Origin: Deinococcaceae bacterium
Lineage (GTDB): Bacteria; Deinococcota; Deinococci; Deinococcales; Trueperaceae
Assembly (NCBI GenBank): GCA_040256005.1
Contig: JBDZWC010000078.1
Coordinates: forward strand, 1 to 14,351
Length of the DNA: 14,351 nucleotides
Direction: 5' to 3'
A program made the translations under genes and the position numbers. Below the pieces are notes generated by a model. It did not search any database. It was not told where the DNA came from and was given only the letters and a program-made list of their open reading frames with translations. How positions within the stretch are numbered: position 1 is the first letter of the stretch; every line of letters begins with the position of its first letter. Positions 1 to 8,219 of this stretch are shown one piece after another.

Positions 1-1011
1 ATCGAGGGTCGCGGGCCGGGCCAGCCGCGGGTGGGCCACCCGGTCGGTCGCGGCCCCGAGCTCCGCGGCGCGCGCCGCGAGGCTCCCGGCCCGCCGCTCC
101 CGCGCCCTCGCACGCTTACCGTGGCGCGCCAGCTCGGCCGCGACTCGCTCCAGTCGCTCGGCCTCGCGGCGTGCCTGAGCCGCTCGCTGGAGACGGGAGG
201 CGTTCGCCGCGGTCCGTAGCTTCGCGGCTCGCTCGTACCCGCCACTCACGCGCCGCAGGTCGCCCGCCTCCAGGAACAGGGTCTCCGTCGTAGCGGCAGA
301 CAGCAGCGCCCTGTCGTGGCTCACGACGACGCAGGTACGAGCCCGCCGCACCAGGTACTCCTCGAGCCAGACCCGACCGCCGATGTCGAGGTGGTTCGTG
401 GGCTCATCCAGGAGCAGCACGTCGGCGGGCGCGGCGAGCACGGTGGCCAGGGCGAGGCGCCGGAGCTGGCCCGCCGACAGTTCGGCGACTGGTGCCTCCC
501 ACGACGATGCCGGGAACCCCAGGGCATGGAGCACCTCACGCAGCTCGGATTCCGCCGCGTAGCCCCCCAGCCGTTCGTGCTCCTCCAGGGCGTGAGCGTG
601 GTCCGCGGCGGCGCCCAGCAGACCGCGCGAGAGCCGTGCCTCGGCGTCGCGCATGCGGGCCTCGGCCGCTCGCACCTCCAGCATGGCCGCCGAGGCGACC
701 TCGATGACCGTGAGGTTCGCAGGGCGCGCGCTGGATTGCGGCAGATGGGCGACTCGCACGCCTGGCGCCCGTACTACCGAGCCCTCGGCCGGTGCCGTCG
801 TCCGCGCCAGTAGGGCCAGCAGGGTGGACTTGCCGGCCCCGCTGCGGCCCACGAGGCCCAGCCTGTCGCCCGCGACGACCTCGAGGCTCACGCCCGAGAG
901 CAGGGGAGGGGCCTCCGGGGCTCCGGGCCGCGGCACCCCGGCGCCGGCGACCCTGAGCAACAGGCCCGGGGCGGAGAGCCGGGAGGTCGTGCGGCCGCGG
1001 TCGCGGTCCAT
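1..1011 (-). CDS. ABC-F family ATP-binding protein, N-terminal part (runs off the left edge)
   Basis: Manual translation from ATG at 1011 is open to position 1; the ORF track misses it because there is no stop in the window. Motifs: Walker A GRSGAGKST (~823-849), Q-loop HLPQ, arm region ...LEEHERLGGYAAESELREVLHALGF, signature LSAGQ, Walker B LLLDEPTNHLD, H-loop VVVSHDR, then a charged Arg/Ala-rich linker. DEPTNHLD plus the arm and no TM helices are typical of ABC-F. Confidence 0.92.
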   Translation of the reverse strand, partial: MDRDRGRTTSRLSAPGLLLRVAGAGVPRPGAPEAPPLLSGVSLEVVAGDRLGLVGRSGAGKSTLLALLARTTAPAEGSVVRAPGVRVAHLPQSSARPANLTVIEVASAAMLEVRAAEARMRDAEARLSRGLLGAAADHAHALEEHERLGGYAAESELREVLHALGFPASSWEAPVAELSAGQLRRLALATVLAAPADVLLLDEPTNHLDIGGRVWLEEYLVRRARTCVVVSHDRALLSAATTETLFLEAGDLRRVSGGYERAAKLRTAANASRLQRAAQARREAERLERVAAELARHGKRARARERRAGSLAARAAELGAATDRVAHPRLARPATLD

Positions 1012-1018
1012 GGTCACC

Positions 1019-1028
1019 ACCGTATGCT
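1019..1028. promoter_or_regulatory. Overlapping divergent -10 elements (TACGGT on minus, TATGCT on plus); probable bidirectional leaderless promoter
   Basis: ACCGTATGCT: minus TACGGT (1024-1019) is 7 nt before the ABC-F ATG; plus TATGCT (1023-1028) is 8 nt before the RNHCP GTG. The two starts are 25 bp apart. Confidence 0.6.
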
Positions 1029-1036
1029 GGCAGGTC

Positions 1037-1381
1037 GTGAAACGCTTCGTGGGCCGTGGGGCGAACGAAGGCTTCGTCTGCGCCGTCTGCGGGGCGAGCG
1101 TGAGGCCGCTGGGACAGGGCTCGTACCGCAACCACTGCCCTGCCTGCCTCAGCTCGCTGCACGTTGACGTCAACCCGGGCGACCGGGCCAACGACTGCGG
1201 CGGCGTGATGGACGCCGTCGGAGCCGAGCTGTCAGGCAAGAAGGGCTGGGTCATCGTGCACCGCTGCCGGGTCTGCGGGGAGGTGCGCCGCAACAAGGCG
1301 GCGCTCGACGACCCCGACCAACCGGACGACCTCGACGCGCTCGCCCGGCTCGCGGCGGGAGCGGCTCCGCCGGACCGGTAG
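1037..1381 (+). CDS. RNHCP domain-containing protein (putative zinc-binding), 114 aa
   Basis: C-terminal part of ORF 653..1381: NEGFVCAVCG...YRNHCPACLSSLHVDVNPGDRANDCGG...HRCRVCG..RNKAALDD. Start moved to GTG 1037 because the upstream extension overlaps the ABC-F gene on the other strand. Confidence 0.9.
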   Translation: MKRFVGRGANEGFVCAVCGASVRPLGQGSYRNHCPACLSSLHVDVNPGDRANDCGGVMDAVGAELSGKKGWVIVHRCRVCGEVRRNKAALDDPDQPDDLDALARLAAGAAPPDR

Positions 1382-1387
1382 TAGACT
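1382..1387 (+). promoter_or_regulatory. -10 element TAGACT of a probable leaderless promoter for the enoyl-CoA hydratase gene
   Basis: TAGACT-7 nt-ATG(1395), with no Shine-Dalgarno in the 13-bp intergenic gap. Confidence 0.55.
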
Positions 1388-1394
1388 CTCGCGC

Positions 1395-2171
1395 ATGGCA
1401 TACCGGGACCTGCGGGTCACCCGCGAGGGCCACGCCCTGCGGATCGCGATCGACAGGCAGCACGTGCTCAACGCGCTTAGCCCGTATACGCTCGCGGAGC
1501 TGGCGTCCGTCCTGTCGGCGCAGGCGACCGACGACGACGTCAGAGCCGTGCTCATCACCGGCGAGGGCAGGGGCTTCAGCGCCGGGGCCGACCTCGCCGA
1601 GACGCCGGTCGACGGCGACATAGGGGCGTTCCTCGAGCGCGGCTACCACCCTGTCGTGCGGGCGATCGTCGATCTCGAGAAGCCGGTCGTCGCAGGAGTC
1701 AACGGGGTCGCGGCGGGCGCCGGCCTGAGCCTCGCCGTGGCGTGCGACCTCAGGGTGGCGTCAGAAGCGGCCGTCTTCGCGTTGGGCTTCACCGGCATCG
1801 GACTGGTGATGGACGCCGGCAGCAGCTTCCACCTGCCGCGCCTGATCGGCGTCGGGCGCACCATGGACCTGGCGCTCGGGAACAGGCGGTTGGTGGCGGA
1901 GGAGGCGCGCGCGATCGGGCTCGTCGAGCGACTGCTGCCGGCGGACGGCTTCCCCGAGGCGGTATGGGACCTGGTCAAGGGGCTGGCGGAAGGGCCGACG
2001 TTGAGCTACGCGCTCGTGAAGCGCCAGCTGCAGGCGACCTTGGACAACGACCTGGAGGCCCAGCTCGCGCTCGAAGCCGGCGCCCAGTCCCGCGCCGCCT
2101 CGAGCCGCGACGCCCGCGAGGGCGTGACGGCCTTCCGGGAGAAGCGCCCTCCGCGCTTCGAGGGGGTCTGA
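1395..2171 (+). CDS. Enoyl-CoA hydratase/isomerase family protein (PaaG-like)
   Basis: Crotonase motifs LITGEGRGFSAGADL, EKPVVAGVNGVAAGAGLSLAVACDLR, and C-terminal EGVTAFREKRPPRF. The IGLVMDAG segment has Asp at the position typical of PaaG-type isomerases. Confidence 0.9.
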   Translation: MAYRDLRVTREGHALRIAIDRQHVLNALSPYTLAELASVLSAQATDDDVRAVLITGEGRGFSAGADLAETPVDGDIGAFLERGYHPVVRAIVDLEKPVVAGVNGVAAGAGLSLAVACDLRVASEAAVFALGFTGIGLVMDAGSSFHLPRLIGVGRTMDLALGNRRLVAEEARAIGLVERLLPADGFPEAVWDLVKGLAEGPTLSYALVKRQLQATLDNDLEAQLALEAGAQSRAASSRDAREGVTAFREKRPPRFEGV

Positions 2172-2173
2172 GG

Positions 2174-3751
2174 GTGGCGTACGCCGACGTCCTGTTCCTG
2201 GGGTCCGTCTTGACGATGGACCCGGCGATGCCCCGGGCCTCGGCCGCCGCGGTGAGGGCCGGGAAGGTGCTCGCGGTCGGGTCGGCGACCCAGCTCCACG
2301 AACTCGCCGGACCGGACACGCGCGTCGTCGAGCTGGGTCGGGGCTGCCTGCTGCCCGGCTTCCATGACGCCCACCTGCACCTGACGCAGTACGGGCTTGA
2401 GGCTACGCAGCTCGACCTGTCCCGCACACCCACCTTCGATGCGGCGCTGGAGCTCCTCGCCACCAGGGCGGGAGCGCTGGGACCCGAGGAGCCGCTGCTG
2501 GCCACCGGCATGGCCCTCAACACCTGGGGCCTGGAGACGATCGGCAGGGCGGAGGCCGACGCCCTCGAGGCCGCGGTCGGCGGCCGCACGACGCTCATCA
2601 GCAGCCAGGACCACCACTCCAACTGGGCCAGCGGTGCCGTCCTGGCCGCCGCCGGTGTCAGGGACGACACCCCGGACCCGCCCGAAGGCGTGATCGTACG
2701 GGACGACAGCGGACGCGCCACGGGCTTGCTGCTCGAGAAGGCGCAGGCGCTCGCCGACGACGCCCTGCCAGCACCCACGCGGGCGGAGTTGCGGCGCGCG
2801 CTGCAGGACGCGGGCGCCTCCCTGGCCGCGCACGGCATCACAACGGTCCACCACATGGCCGCGGAGCCTCCCTCGTACTTCAGGGAGCTGGCCGCGGCGG
2901 CGTCGGTCGACGAGTACCCGCTGCGGGTGTGGGCCTGCATCCCGCACGCGCAGCTGGAGGCCGCGGCCGACATAGGCCTCGCCACCGGCCAGGGTGGCGG
3001 CAACTTCCAGGTGGGCGGCGCGAAGTTCTTCGCCGACGGAGCGCTCGGTAGCAGGACGGCCTGGATGCTCGAGCCCTACGCCGGGTCCGCCGGCGTGGGC
3101 ATGGCCGTCGATGGACCCGAGGTCCTCGGTGAGCGCGTGCCGCTGGCGGTACGGTCCGGGTTCGCGCCGGTCGTGCACGCGATCGGCGACGCCGCGGTGA
3201 GAGCGGTGCTGGACGCGTTCGAGACGGTGGCCGCCGAGGCGGAAGGCGCCGGCCTGAGGCCGCGCCTTGAGCACGCCCAGCACATGCACCCCGCCGACGT
3301 CACCAGGGCCGGCGCGATGGGCGTGGTGGCCTCGATGCAGCCCATCCACCTGACGTTCGACGCCGTCGCCATCGCCCGGCTGCTGCCCGACCGCGTCACG
3401 CGCGCCTACCCGTTCCGGTCGCTGCTGCGGTCGGGCGCGCGGCTGGCTTTCGGGTCGGACGCCCCTGTGGCCTCGCCCGACGTCCCCACGGGGCTCAGGG
3501 CGGCGTGCCGACGCATGGGGGCCGACGGCAGCCGTCTCGCTCCTGCGGAGGCGATGGCGCCGGACGAGGCGCTGATTGCCTACACGGTCGGGGCGGCGTA
3601 CGCGATCGGTTGGGAGGGGCGCTCGGGGAAGCTCACGCCCGGCTATGACGCCGATCTGGTCGTGCTGTCACACGATCCGTTGGTCAGCCTCGACGGCCTC
3701 GAGGTGGTGGCCACCATGAAAGCCGGGCGCTTCACCTACGGCGAGCCGTAG
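2174..3751 (+). CDS. Metal-dependent amidohydrolase (Amidohydro_3 / YtcJ-like), ~525 aa
   Basis: Motifs PGFHDAHLH, DHHSNW, TGLLLE, KFFADGALGSRTA, HAIGD, EHAQH, FGSDAPV, ADLVVL. True start is probably GTG 2174, 2 nt after the upstream stop; the ORF-track extension to 1742 overlaps the hydratase. Confidence 0.9.
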   Translation: MAYADVLFLGSVLTMDPAMPRASAAAVRAGKVLAVGSATQLHELAGPDTRVVELGRGCLLPGFHDAHLHLTQYGLEATQLDLSRTPTFDAALELLATRAGALGPEEPLLATGMALNTWGLETIGRAEADALEAAVGGRTTLISSQDHHSNWASGAVLAAAGVRDDTPDPPEGVIVRDDSGRATGLLLEKAQALADDALPAPTRAELRRALQDAGASLAAHGITTVHHMAAEPPSYFRELAAAASVDEYPLRVWACIPHAQLEAAADIGLATGQGGGNFQVGGAKFFADGALGSRTAWMLEPYAGSAGVGMAVDGPEVLGERVPLAVRSGFAPVVHAIGDAAVRAVLDAFETVAAEAEGAGLRPRLEHAQHMHPADVTRAGAMGVVASMQPIHLTFDAVAIARLLPDRVTRAYPFRSLLRSGARLAFGSDAPVASPDVPTGLRAACRRMGADGSRLAPAEAMAPDEALIAYTVGAAYAIGWEGRSGKLTPGYDADLVVLSHDPLVSLDGLEVVATMKAGRFTYGEP

Positions 3752-3763
3752 GCCGCGAGCTGC

Positions 3764-4972
3764 CTACGCCTCGCGACGCCAGACCGTCGTGCCGCCGAGC
3801 ACGGCCTCCGATAGGTGGGGGTCTCCCCACGCGTACAGCGGGAGAAGAGCCTCCGAGCCGCTCACCACCAGGTAGTCGGCCTTGGCGCCTGCGGTGACTC
3901 GGCCCAGGTCCGGCCGGCCGAGAGCGTCGGCAGCATGCGCCGTGGCGCCCACCAGCGTCTCCTCCACGGTGAACCCGTAGACCGCCGTGGCCAGGTGCAG
4001 CGCGGGCAGCAGCGAGTACAGGGGGCTCGAGCCCGGGTTGTGGTCGCTCGCTACGGCCAGCTTGACGCCGCTGGTGCGGAACGTCCGCGCGGACGGGAGG
4101 CCGGCGCCGAGCAGCGCAGCGGCGCCGGGCAGCACCGTCGCCACCACGCCGGCTTCCGCCAGGGCCACCAGGTCGCTTTCCGTCGCGCGCTCCAGGTGGT
4201 CGGCCGAGAGCGCGCCCAGCTCGGCCAGGAGCCTGGCGCCGCCGGTCCGCGTGAGCTGCTCGACGTGCCCCTTGACGGGCAAGCTCGCTGCGGCCGCCGC
4301 CTCCAGCAGGCGCCTGGCCTCGTCAAGCTCGAAGGCGCCCCTGTCCACGAAGACGTCGAACGCGTCGGCCAGGCCGCTGGCGGCGGCCTCCGGGATCGTC
4401 TCGGAGGCGAAGCGCTCGACGTACGCCGAGCGGTCCACGCGCGGGTCAGGGACGTGTGCCAGCAGCGTCGTCGTGATGCGCTGGAAGCCTTCCTCGCCCA
4501 GCCGCCTCGCCACCTTGAGCTGCTTGAGCTCGTCCTCCGTCGTCAGGCCGTAGCCCGACTTGACCTCCAGGGTCGTCACACCTCCGCGCACGAAGGAGCG
4601 AGCCCGGATGCGCGCCTGATGCAGCAGCCGTTCCTCCGACGCCTGCCGCGTGGCGGCCACCGTGGCGTGGATGCCGCCGCCGGCCGCCAGGACCTCCTCG
4701 TAGTCCGCTCCCCTGGACCGGGCGACGTACTCGTCGACGCGGCTGCCGTCCCACACCAGGTGCGTGTGACAGTCGACGAGGCCGGGCAGGACGCCGCGTC
4801 CGCCCAGCTGCACCGGTGGCAGGTCGGCGTACTCCGGCGGCACGTCGTCCTCCCTGCCCACCCATGCGAACCTGTCGCCGTCAACGACGAAGGCCGCGCC
4901 ACGGATGCGCTCGAAGGGGGTGTACAGCTCGGACACTCCCCTGACGAGGTAGGCGCCCCCTGAGGATCCCAC
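3764..4972 (-). CDS. hutI: Imidazolonepropionase
   Basis: Motifs PGLVDCHTHLV, YEEVLAAGGGIHATV, EVKSGYGL, HVEQL, SADHLE, ASDHNPGSSP. Start uncertain (GTG 4972 gives 402 aa; the ORF extends to 5008). A TATGGT box at 4988-4983 lies 10 nt upstream of 4972. Confidence 0.9.
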   Translation of the reverse strand: MGSSGGAYLVRGVSELYTPFERIRGAAFVVDGDRFAWVGREDDVPPEYADLPPVQLGGRGVLPGLVDCHTHLVWDGSRVDEYVARSRGADYEEVLAAGGGIHATVAATRQASEERLLHQARIRARSFVRGGVTTLEVKSGYGLTTEDELKQLKVARRLGEEGFQRITTTLLAHVPDPRVDRSAYVERFASETIPEAAASGLADAFDVFVDRGAFELDEARRLLEAAAAASLPVKGHVEQLTRTGGARLLAELGALSADHLERATESDLVALAEAGVVATVLPGAAALLGAGLPSARTFRTSGVKLAVASDHNPGSSPLYSLLPALHLATAVYGFTVEETLVGATAHAADALGRPDLGRVTAGAKADYLVVSGSEALLPLYAWGDPHLSEAVLGGTTVWRREA

Positions 4973-5059
4973 TTGCCGACAGACCATACCGCAGGGGCGC
5001 TGATGCACGTCCTCGCGGTTCGCGGCGCCCGAGCGGGCGACAGGCGGTCTGGATGCGGG

Positions 5060-5077
5060 TAGCCTCTGTCGGGAGGT
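5060..5077 (+). promoter_or_regulatory. Putative -10 (TAGCCT, 5060-5065) and Shine-Dalgarno (GGAGGT, 5072-5077) of the pst operon
   Basis: Both motifs are seen directly upstream of GTG 5082. Confidence 0.45.
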
Positions 5078-5081
5078 GTAC

Positions 5082-6041
5082 GTGAGGCTCGTCGTCGGCT
5101 GCGCCCTGCTGCTCGTCGCCCTGGTCGGCTGCGCCGGAGGCGGCGACGTGCGTGTCGACGGCTCCTCGACCGTCTACCCGATATCCCTGGCGGTGGCCGA
5201 GGAGTTCTCGATCCTGAACCCGACAGCGAACGTCTCGGTCTCGTTCTCGGGGACGGGCGGAGGCCTGAGCAAGCTGTGCCGCGGCGAGATCGACATCGCG
5301 GGCGCGAGCCGCGTGATCGAGACGTCCGAGCTGGCGGCCTGCGCCGAGAACGGCATCGGCGTCATCGAGCTGCCGGTCGCCGCCGACGCCATCACGGTCG
5401 TCGTCCATCCGGAGGACGACTGGGCGGACTGCCTGGACCTGGGCGCGCTACGCGCCATATGGGAACCCGGGTCGAGCGTGACCACCTGGAGCGACGTGGA
5501 GCCCGGCTGGCCTGACGAGGAGATCGTCCTGTTCGGCCCGGGCGCGGACTCGGGGACGTTCGACTACTTCACGGAGGCCGTCAACGGGTCAGCCGGCGCC
5601 ACCCGCACCGACTTCTTCCCGAGCGAGGACGACAACGTGCTGGTGCAGGGGGTGAGGAGCGACAGGTTCGCTCTGGGCTACTTCGGCTTCGCCCACTACG
5701 CCGAGAACCGAGGTGCGGTGAGGGCGGTGGCTGTGGACGGCGGCGACGGGTGCGTGCTTCCGACGCCGGAGACGATCGAGGCGAACTCCTACAGCCCGCT
5801 GTCCAGGCCCCTGTTCGTCTACGTCGCGACCCGATCGCTGGAGAAGGAGGCCGCCGCCGAGCTGGCCGCGTTCTACCTGAGCGACGAGGCTCGCGGGCTC
5901 GTCTCCGGCAGCGGCTACGTGGCGTATCCAGACCAGGTCTACGAGGCGGCGACGGCGCGCCTGGCGAACCGCGTGACGGGCTCCGCGTTCCAGGACTTCG
6001 AGCCGGGTGACTCGGTGCTGGGGGCCGTGCGGGCGCGGTGA
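5082..6041 (+). CDS. pstS: Phosphate ABC transporter substrate-binding lipoprotein PstS
   Basis: Signal peptide with lipobox (MRLVVGCALLLVALVG-C). Motifs DGSSTVYP, SGTGGG, DIAGASR, DSGTFDYF, SEDDN, GYFG, YSPLSRPLFVY. GTG 5082 follows GGAGGT. Confidence 0.95.
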   Translation: MRLVVGCALLLVALVGCAGGGDVRVDGSSTVYPISLAVAEEFSILNPTANVSVSFSGTGGGLSKLCRGEIDIAGASRVIETSELAACAENGIGVIELPVAADAITVVVHPEDDWADCLDLGALRAIWEPGSSVTTWSDVEPGWPDEEIVLFGPGADSGTFDYFTEAVNGSAGATRTDFFPSEDDNVLVQGVRSDRFALGYFGFAHYAENRGAVRAVAVDGGDGCVLPTPETIEANSYSPLSRPLFVYVATRSLEKEAAAELAAFYLSDEARGLVSGSGYVAYPDQVYEAATARLANRVTGSAFQDFEPGDSVLGAVRAR

Positions 6042-6054
6042 GGAAGGCCGAGAC

Positions 6055-6954
6055 ATGCGCCTGAGGGCCGGCGCGCGTGCCAGGGAGCGCCTGTTCGGCG
6101 GAGCGCTGCTGGCCCTCGCGTGCCTGTCGGTGCTCACGACGGCGGGCGTCGTCGCCGTGCTGGTGTTCGAGGCGACGACGTTCTTCTCCGACCCCCTGGT
6201 GAGCCTGAGAGAGTTCTTCACGGGCAGACAGTGGACGCCGCTCTTCGCAGACCAGCGGTTCGGCATCCTCCCGCTCCTGACCGGCACCATGATGGTGACC
6301 GGCATCGCGCTCGTCGTCGGCGTTCCCCTCGGGCTCATGAGCGCCGTCTACCTCTCCGAGTTCGCCACGGCCCGCAGGCGCAGACGCGTGACGTTCGTGC
6401 TCGAGCTCCTCGCCGGTGTCCCCACCGTGGTCCTGGGCTACTTCGCGCTGCTGTTCGTCACGCCGCTCCTGCAGCGGTTCGTGCCGGGCCTCGACCTCTT
6501 CAACCCGCTCTCCGCCGGCCTGGTCATGGGCTTCATGATCCTGCCGACCGTGTCTTCCATCTCGACGGACGCCATGCAGGCGGTTCCGGTCGCCCTGAGG
6601 CAGGCCGCCTACGGCATGGGAGCCACGCAGGTCCAGTTGATCTGGCGTGTCGTCTTGCCGGCGTCCCTGTCGGGCATAGTCGCGTCCGTGATACTCGCGT
6701 TCTCGCGGGCCGTCGGCGAGACGATGATCGTCACCTTGGCTGCCGGCCAACGACCGCTGTTCACGCTCGACCCCCGTGAGACGATCGCCACGATGACCTC
6801 GTTCATCGTTCAGGCGGCCAGCGGGGACCAGCCTGCCGGCTCGCTGGCGGCACGATCGCTGTACGCCGTGGCTGCGACGCTCTTCGCGATCACCCTGGCC
6901 CTCAACCTCGTGTCGCAGATCGTGGTCAGGCGCTTCCGCGAGCGCTACGAGTGA
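6055..6954 (+). CDS. pstC: Phosphate ABC transporter permease PstC
   Basis: Hydrophobic helices; motifs FGILPLLTGT, ELLAGVPTVVLG, EAA-like QAAYGMGAT, SRAVGETMIV. ATG 6055 follows a GAGGAAGG SD. Confidence 0.95.
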   Translation: MRLRAGARARERLFGGALLALACLSVLTTAGVVAVLVFEATTFFSDPLVSLREFFTGRQWTPLFADQRFGILPLLTGTMMVTGIALVVGVPLGLMSAVYLSEFATARRRRRVTFVLELLAGVPTVVLGYFALLFVTPLLQRFVPGLDLFNPLSAGLVMGFMILPTVSSISTDAMQAVPVALRQAAYGMGATQVQLIWRVVLPASLSGIVASVILAFSRAVGETMIVTLAAGQRPLFTLDPRETIATMTSFIVQAASGDQPAGSLAARSLYAVAATLFAITLALNLVSQIVVRRFRERYE

Positions 6955-8198
6955 GCGCCGTGCGAAGTCCGGAGCGGATCGACCTTCCCGACATGCTGGA
7001 CGTCGGCGGCCGGCAGGCGAGGCGTCGCAGGCGCACCGTGAGAACCGTGGAGGCGGCGGTAGCGATGCCTGTCCTGCTCGCGTTGCTGCTGCTGGGGGCG
7101 CTCCTGTTCGACGTGATCACTGACACCTTGTCGTGGCAGGTGCTCGCGCCCGCCGGGTCCGGCCGAAGCTTCGCCTTCGCCGAGGGTTTCGCTCCCTTCG
7201 GCTCGTGGGATAGGGTCATGCGGCTCGAGCTCGCGGCGCGCGGCGTGCCGGCTGAGGACATCGAACCGCTCCTCGCCGCTCCCGAGGAGCGCAGGGTCCT
7301 CGAGGCCAGGAACCGGGTGGAGTTCATGCCGTGGGTCGATGGCCGGCCCTTCCGCTGGCTGGTGACGACGGTGAGCGACGAGCTGGTGGCCGACCGGCCG
7401 TTGTGGAGCGGCCTCGCCAGTCGCCGCGAGCTGTTGGCCGCCGCCGAGCCCGGCCAGGTCGTGGTCCTGAACGCGTGGCTGGACCCTGCGTTCGTGCTGA
7501 GGAACGCCTCGCGCAGCCCGCTCGTGGCCGGTCTGCTGCCCGCGTTCGTCGGCAGCCTCTTGCTCGTGGGCCTGGTCATCCTCCTGGCGGTGCCGATCGG
7601 CGTGGGTACGGCGGTGTACCTCGAGGAGTACGCCTCGGACACCAGGCTGGCACGGCTCATAGAGCTCAACCTCTCCAACCTCGCCGGCGTGCCCAGCGTC
7701 GTGTACGGCATCCTGGGCCTCACGGTGTTCGTGAGGCTCATGCGCCTGGGTCCCGTCGTCCTCGCCGGCGCTTTGACCTTGACGCTCCTGGTCGTGCCCG
7801 TGGTCGTGGTGGCTGCTCGCGAGGCGATACGGTCGGTGCCCCCCAGCCTCAGGCAGGCGGCCTACGGGCTGGGAGCCACGCGCTCGCAGGTCGTGCTGCG
7901 CGTCGTCCTGCCCAACGCCGTAGCGGGCATCACGACCGGCGTGGTGCTCGCGATAGCCAGGACGATCGGTGAGACCGCCCCTCTTCTCGTCCTCGGTGCC
8001 GCCGCCTTCGTACCGCGACCGCCGGACGGGCTGCTGTCCACCTTCACGGCGATCCCGATCCAGATCTACTCATGGGTATCCGAGAACGACGTGGAGTTCA
8101 CGCACGCCGCTTCGGCCGCGATCGTGGTGCTGTTGGCTGTGCTCGCGGTCCTCTACGGCATCGCCTACTACCTCAGGCGCAGGTTCGCGAGCCGCTAG
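6951..8198 (+). CDS. pstA: Phosphate ABC transporter permease PstA with an extra N-terminal soluble insertion (415 aa)
   Basis: GTGA overlap with the pstC stop. Motifs AVYLEEY, NLAGVPSVVYG, QAAYGLGAT, ARTIGETAPLL, PIQIYSW. Confidence 0.93.
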   Translation: MSAVRSPERIDLPDMLDVGGRQARRRRRTVRTVEAAVAMPVLLALLLLGALLFDVITDTLSWQVLAPAGSGRSFAFAEGFAPFGSWDRVMRLELAARGVPAEDIEPLLAAPEERRVLEARNRVEFMPWVDGRPFRWLVTTVSDELVADRPLWSGLASRRELLAAAEPGQVVVLNAWLDPAFVLRNASRSPLVAGLLPAFVGSLLLVGLVILLAVPIGVGTAVYLEEYASDTRLARLIELNLSNLAGVPSVVYGILGLTVFVRLMRLGPVVLAGALTLTLLVVPVVVVAAREAIRSVPPSLRQAAYGLGATRSQVVLRVVLPNAVAGITTGVVLAIARTIGETAPLLVLGAAAFVPRPPDGLLSTFTAIPIQIYSWVSENDVEFTHAASAAIVVLLAVLAVLYGIAYYLRRRFASR

Positions 8199-8219
8199 GC
8201 GGCGACGGAAAGGTGAGAC

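Noticed and set aside
31..1036. Plus-strand ORFs 31..219, 316..813, 492..707 and the N-terminal half of 653..1381
   Set aside because: Antisense shadows of the ABC-F gene, which carries all canonical motifs on the minus strand.
1742..2173. 144-aa N-terminal extension of the amidohydrolase ORF
   Set aside because: Overlaps the hydratase in another frame and is low-complexity Arg/Gly/Pro; GTG 2174 is a better start.
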